NCBI GenBank assembly: GCA_963810095.1
Contig: CAWEMM010000009.1
Span: 384,001-448,000, forward strand
Reading direction: 5' to 3'
Length of the DNA: 64,000 nucleotides
Source of the DNA: an uncultured Chloroflexia bacterium
Lineage (GTDB): Bacteria > Chloroflexota > Anaerolineae > CG2-30-64-16
Part shown: piece by piece, positions 59,990 to 64,000 of the stretch
How the letters are laid out: every line of letters starts with the position of its first letter
How positions within the stretch are numbered: the first letter of the stretch is position 1
Program-made: the position numbers and the translations under genes
The notes under the pieces: model-generated
What the model was told of the DNA's origin: nothing
Seen by the model: only the letters and a program-made list of their open reading frames with translations
The model's database searches: none

Positions 59990-61093
59990 ATGATCAAGGT
60001 TTTTGAAGCACCTCGCAAGTATGTCCAGGGCGTGGGCGTGATGGCCGAGGCCGGCAGGTGGGTGGCTCCGCTGGGGAAGCGCGCGCTGATCGTGTGGGGC
60101 GCGACGGTCAAGCAGCAGGTCGGCGACACCCTTGTCGAGTCGCTGCTCGGCGCGGGCGTCGAGCCGATTTCGTACGAGTGTCGCGGCAACTGCACCCGCT
60201 CTCAGATTGCGGACGGCGTCGCGCTGGCCAAGGCCGAGCGCGCCGAAGTCGTCCTTGGCGTCGGCGGCGGCCGGTCCATCGACATGGCCAAAGCGATCGC
60301 CTGGGAGACGTGCAGCAAGGTCGTCTCCATCCCCACTGTCGCATCCAACGATGCCCCCACGAGCGCCGAAACGGTCTACTACACAGACGAGGGCGCGATG
60401 GACGGGTGGGGTGTTTGGCCCTACAACCCCGACGTCGTGTTGGTCGACACGCAGGTGGTCGTGGACGCACCGGTGGAATGGCTGGTGTCGGGCATGGGCG
60501 ATGCGGTCGCGACCTGGTTCGAGGCCGAGGCTGCGTACAAGGGCCGCCGCACGGCCATTGCGGGCGGCGTGTCCACCATCACAGCGCTTAAGCTGGCCGA
60601 GCTCTGCTACGACCTGCTGATGGAATACGGCGTGCAGGCCCGCCAGGACGCGGCCAACCACGTGGTCACCCCGGCCGTCGAGCGAATCGTGGAAGCCAAC
60701 ACCCTCCTTTCGGGTTTGGGCTTCGAGAGTTCGGGCGTGTGCACGGCCCACGCGGTGGCGAACGGGCTGACCGTCCGCAAGGAAACCGCCGGCTGCTCGC
60801 ACGGCCAGAAGGTTGCTTTTGGCCTGGCTGCCCAGCTCTGCCTGGACGAGGACATTACGCAGGCAGAGCGGCTCAAGGTCATCGACTGGATGGTGGCGGT
60901 GGGCTTGCCTGTCACCTTTGAAGAACTGGGCCTGGGGCACATCAGCCGCCAGGAAATCATGGACCTGGCGAGCCAGTTCGCCGGCGACGGCTCGATCGCG
61001 CATAACCACGTTCAGCAGGTCACGGCATTCGACATGTACAGCGCGCTCGTCGCGGCCGACTCGCTCGGCCACCAGCGACGCGCCTTGCAGTAA
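59990..61093 (+). CDS. gldA: Glycerol/1,2-diol dehydrogenase
   Basis: 'APRKYVQG', 'GGGRSID.AK', 'PTVASNDAP', 'GDAVATWFEA', 'SGLGFESSG..AH', 'HGQKV'. Confidence 0.85.
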   Translation: MIKVFEAPRKYVQGVGVMAEAGRWVAPLGKRALIVWGATVKQQVGDTLVESLLGAGVEPISYECRGNCTRSQIADGVALAKAERAEVVLGVGGGRSIDMAKAIAWETCSKVVSIPTVASNDAPTSAETVYYTDEGAMDGWGVWPYNPDVVLVDTQVVVDAPVEWLVSGMGDAVATWFEAEAAYKGRRTAIAGGVSTITALKLAELCYDLLMEYGVQARQDAANHVVTPAVERIVEANTLLSGLGFESSGVCTAHAVANGLTVRKETAGCSHGQKVAFGLAAQLCLDEDITQAERLKVIDWMVAVGLPVTFEELGLGHISRQEIMDLASQFAGDGSIAHNHVQQVTAFDMYSALVAADSLGHQRRALQ

Positions 61094-61153
61094 GCGCGTT
61101 CGGCTTGGCGCCGGGCACAGCCCCGTGCCAAGCCGAACAATACAGGAGGAAGA

Positions 61154-61474
61154 ATGGCACCAACACAGGTACAGATGACGGCGTTGGGGATGGTGGAGAC
61201 TCGCGGGCTCGTGGCCTCCATCGAGGCAGCCGACGCGATGAGCAAGGTCGCCTATGTCCGGCTCGTGGCGCAAGAGGAGATTGGGGGCGGATACGTCACC
61301 ATCTTCGTACGGGGCGAGGTGGGCGCGGTGCAGGCCGCAGTCGATGCCGGGGTGGCGGCTGCTAAGCGGGCCGGCGAGCTGGTGACGGCGCACGTGATCG
61401 CCAGGCCCCATGCGCTGGTCGAGAAGCTGCTGCCGACTGGCGAAACCAAAGTGGTTCGCGCGCTGGCAGACTGA
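61154..61474 (+). CDS. BMC-H shell protein
   Basis: '[18 protein letters not shown]', 'RGEVGAV', 'HVIARPH'. Confidence 0.95.
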   Translation: MAPTQVQMTALGMVETRGLVASIEAADAMSKVAYVRLVAQEEIGGGYVTIFVRGEVGAVQAAVDAGVAAAKRAGELVTAHVIARPHALVEKLLPTGETKVVRALAD

Positions 61475-61485
61475 GAGGCTGACTC

Positions 61486-62118
61486 ATGGACCTACGGACT
61501 TACGTGCTTATCGATTCCATGCAGCCGCAATATGCCGCATTGACAGGCATCCTGCTGCAGGGTGACACGCCGGTCGAGGGCATGGCGGAGATCTTCATGG
61601 AGCTTGCCCCTGCCAGCGACGTGTACGAAGTGCTCGACGCGGCGCTCAAGACCACCGACGTGCGCCCCGGCCTGCTCCGGGTAGAGCGCGAATACGGCAC
61701 GCTGGAAGTGCACGGGTTCTTCCAGGAAAACGTCAAGGTGGCCGGCCGCGAGGCGCTTGCCAAGTTCGGCCTGACCGAGGCGGACCGGTGGAAGCCGGAA
61801 GTCGTCTCTGTCAAGACCGTCACCGGGGTCGATCCCTGGGAGGCCCAGCTGGTGAACCAGGCCAGCCGCGGCGGCCTGCTGCTGAAGGGGCAGACGCTGT
61901 GCGTGATCGAGGTGGTGCCGGCGGCGTACGTCATGCTGGCGGCCAACGAGGCGGAAAAGGCTTCGAATATCACCCTCGTGCATTATCAGCCGGCGGGCAA
62001 GTTCGGCCGGCTCTACATCTCGGGCACCGAGTCTGCAGTACGGGTGGCGCGTGACGCGGCGGTAACGGCAGTCAACAGCCTGCCGGGCACTGTGCGGAGC
62101 GGCAAGGGCGCGGCCTAG
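61486..62118 (+). CDS. BMC-T shell protein (CcmP/CsoS1D-like permuted trimer)
   Basis: 'LRTYVLIDSMQPQ', 'VEREYG.LEVH', 'AANEAEKA', 'GKFGRLY'. Confidence 0.9.
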   Translation: MDLRTYVLIDSMQPQYAALTGILLQGDTPVEGMAEIFMELAPASDVYEVLDAALKTTDVRPGLLRVEREYGTLEVHGFFQENVKVAGREALAKFGLTEADRWKPEVVSVKTVTGVDPWEAQLVNQASRGGLLLKGQTLCVIEVVPAAYVMLAANEAEKASNITLVHYQPAGKFGRLYISGTESAVRVARDAAVTAVNSLPGTVRSGKGAA

Positions 62119-62174
62119 GCCGCACGCCAGCGTGGCTGGCGTTGGCGGAAGCGTCGACTCCGGAGGAGTCAATC

Positions 62175-62531
62175 GTGAAGACATTTATCACTGCTGAGGA
62201 CATCGAGACGCTGGCCGCTCAGGGCGTGCACGAGCTGACCGTGGATGAAGACACCGTGCTGACCGCCGTCGCTCGCGAGGCAGCGGCCCAGCGAGGGATC
62301 AGGCTGGTGGCGCCTGGCGCCAACAAGCCGGGTTTCTCTACTGCGGGCGAAGCCGGCGCGGAACCTGGTCTGGCTCCGGCGGCGGTGTCTGGCAAACCCA
62401 AAGGCTGCCAGCACGGCCCGCTCAGTGCGGGTGGCGGTGCGCCCCGCAGTGCAGCCGCGGCAGGCAGCCCGGTCGTGGACGAACTGATCGGCGCCGTCAA
62501 GCAGATGGCGCGTGTGCAGAGCACACGTTAG
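62175..62531 (+). CDS. BMC-associated small protein (EutQ-N-like domain + possible encapsulation peptide)
   Basis: 'KTFITAEDIE...TVLTAVAREAA..GI', flexible linker, C-terminal amphipathic 'VVDELIGAVKQM'. Confidence 0.75.
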   Translation: MKTFITAEDIETLAAQGVHELTVDEDTVLTAVAREAAAQRGIRLVAPGANKPGFSTAGEAGAEPGLAPAAVSGKPKGCQHGPLSAGGGAPRSAAAAGSPVVDELIGAVKQMARVQSTR

Positions 62532-62562
62532 CGCTCCACGAGGCATAGACGGAGGCTTAAAC

Positions 62563-62865
62563 GTGATTATCGCAAAGGTCGTTGGCTCGGCCGTCGCTTC
62601 GATCAAGCTCGATGCGCTCCAATCCACCAAGCTCCTGGTAGTCCGTCCGGCGGACGCCCAGGGGAACGCAACCGGCGCGCCGCTGCTTGCAGTGGACCTG
62701 GTGGGTGCGGGCGAAGACGAGCTGGTCATGGTCAGCGAGGGCTCTTCGGCCCGGATGGCGTGTGCGGGCGCCCAGGGTAGTGATCGTTCGCCCGCCGACG
62801 CAGCCATTATCGGCATTCTTGATTCCCTGCGCTACTACGGGGATTTGGTTTACAGGAAGGCATGA
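62563..62865 (+). CDS. BMC-P vertex protein (EutN/CcmL family)
   Basis: 'AKVVGSAVAS.K', 'AVDLVGAG..ELV', 'GSSAR', 'DAAIIGILD'. Confidence 0.95.
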   Translation: MIIAKVVGSAVASIKLDALQSTKLLVVRPADAQGNATGAPLLAVDLVGAGEDELVMVSEGSSARMACAGAQGSDRSPADAAIIGILDSLRYYGDLVYRKA

Positions 62866-62868
62866 CGC

Positions 62869-63186
62869 ATGACGCAACCGAATGACACCCAGACCGAGAT
62901 GGACCCGGGCATGCGGGCGCTCGGCATGATCGAAACCAAGGGACTGATCCCCTGCATCGAGGCCGCAGACGCCATGGTGAAGGCGGCGAACGTCAAGCTG
63001 CTTCAGCGCCGGGCGATCGGCGCGGGTTACATGACCGTGATGGTGCGTGGAGACGTGGGCGCGGTGCGGACTGCGCTGGAAGCGGGCAGCCAGGCCGCCC
63101 GGCGGTTGGGCCAGGTCGTTTCCGTGCGCATCTTGCCAAGTCCGCATCTGGATCTCGAGCAGATCCTGCCCGAGAGCGTGGAGTAA
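62869..63186 (+). CDS. BMC-H shell protein
   Basis: 'ALGMIETKG..CIEAADAMVKAANV', 'RGDVGAV'. Confidence 0.95.
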   Translation: MTQPNDTQTEMDPGMRALGMIETKGLIPCIEAADAMVKAANVKLLQRRAIGAGYMTVMVRGDVGAVRTALEAGSQAARRLGQVVSVRILPSPHLDLEQILPESVE

Positions 63187-63190
63187 GGTC

Positions 63191-64000
63191 GTGGCAACCC
63201 CTCACGTGACACCGTCGGCTCTGCGGGCCAAAAAGAACCGCGGTCAGAAGATCGTGATGCTGACCGCATACGACTTCCCGATGGCCTCGTTCATCGAGCA
63301 GGCGGGCGCGGACATCGTCTTGGTCAGCGACGCGGTCGGCACGGTGGGCAACGGTCGTGGCGAGGCGGTGTCGGTGTCGGTCGACGAGATGATCTACCAC
63401 ACGCGCTCGGTTCGCAACGGCTGCAAGCGCTGCATGGTCATCACGACGATGCCGTTCGCCTCGTACAACACGCCTGACGACGCGCTGCGCACGGCGTCCC
63501 GGCTGATGAAGGAAGGCGGCGCGGACGGCGTCCATCTCGAAGGAACGCGCCGCGAAGCCTGCTGGATCGGCGACATGACGGCCGCGGGGATTCCGGTCAT
63601 GGGCCACGTGGGCGTCACCAAGCAGAAGATCATCGCGACCGGTCGAATCAAGCTGCCGGGGCAGGACGCCGCGAGCGCACGGGAGATCATCGCCGACTCG
63701 GTCGAGATGGCGCGCCAGGGTGCGTTTGCGCTCGTGCTCGAGTGCCTGCCCGTGGCGCTGGGCCGGATCATCACCGGCAGCCTGGACATCCCGACCATCG
63801 GGATCGGTTCCGGGCCTGACTGCGACGGACAAGCGCTGGTGACACAGGACATGCTGGGACTGTTCAAGGAACTGTCGCCGCGCTTCCTGAAGGTCTATGC
63901 GGACCTGGCCGGTGTCACTGTCTCGGCGCTGACCCAGTTCCGCAAGGAAGTCGAAGGCGGAACCTTCCCGGCGCCCGAACACACGTATGCGATCGACGAA
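63191..64000 (+). CDS. PanB-like hydroxymethyltransferase, divergent paralog (3' truncated by window)
   Basis: My own translation gives 'KIVMLTAYD', 'VLECLP', 'IPTIGIGSGPDCDGQALV..DMLG', 'PRFLKVY'. Absent from the ORF track because there is no stop in the window. Confidence 0.88.
   Translation, partial: MATPHVTPSALRAKKNRGQKIVMLTAYDFPMASFIEQAGADIVLVSDAVGTVGNGRGEAVSVSVDEMIYHTRSVRNGCKRCMVITTMPFASYNTPDDALRTASRLMKEGGADGVHLEGTRREACWIGDMTAAGIPVMGHVGVTKQKIIATGRIKLPGQDAASAREIIADSVEMARQGAFALVLECLPVALGRIITGSLDIPTIGIGSGPDCDGQALVTQDMLGLFKELSPRFLKVYADLAGVTVSALTQFRKEVEGGTFPAPEHTYAIDE

Overview
High-GC bacterial DNA, most like Chloroflexota/Anaerolineae (judged from gene content and repeat style, not proven). 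It is gene-dense with about 65 CDS and one tRNA-Asp. Several isolated single-base frameshifts look like long-read errors. Housekeeping genes include leuS, coaBC, a pho/pst cluster, a lipoate ligase, an M29 aminopeptidase and ygfZ. Highlights: (1) the start of an unusual bacterial microcompartment (BMC) operon at 54.4-64 kb, carrying an acetoin/pyruvate-dehydrogenase-like E1 fusion and E2, an HPS/KGPDC-family fusion, a SnoaL protein, glycerol dehydrogenase, shell genes and a divergent PanB, a set that fits formaldehyde-generating hydroxyketone cleavage; (2) a Ni-CODH operon (cooF-cooS) with a translationally coupled acyl-CoA dehydrogenase and a NuoEFG/HoxEFU-like module; (3) an AhpD-like selenoprotein (CxxU plus SECIS); (4) a leaderless Leu-rich peptide attenuator upstream of leuS; (5) several families of dispersed palindromes with 8-9 nt periodicity, some inserted in-frame in proteins.
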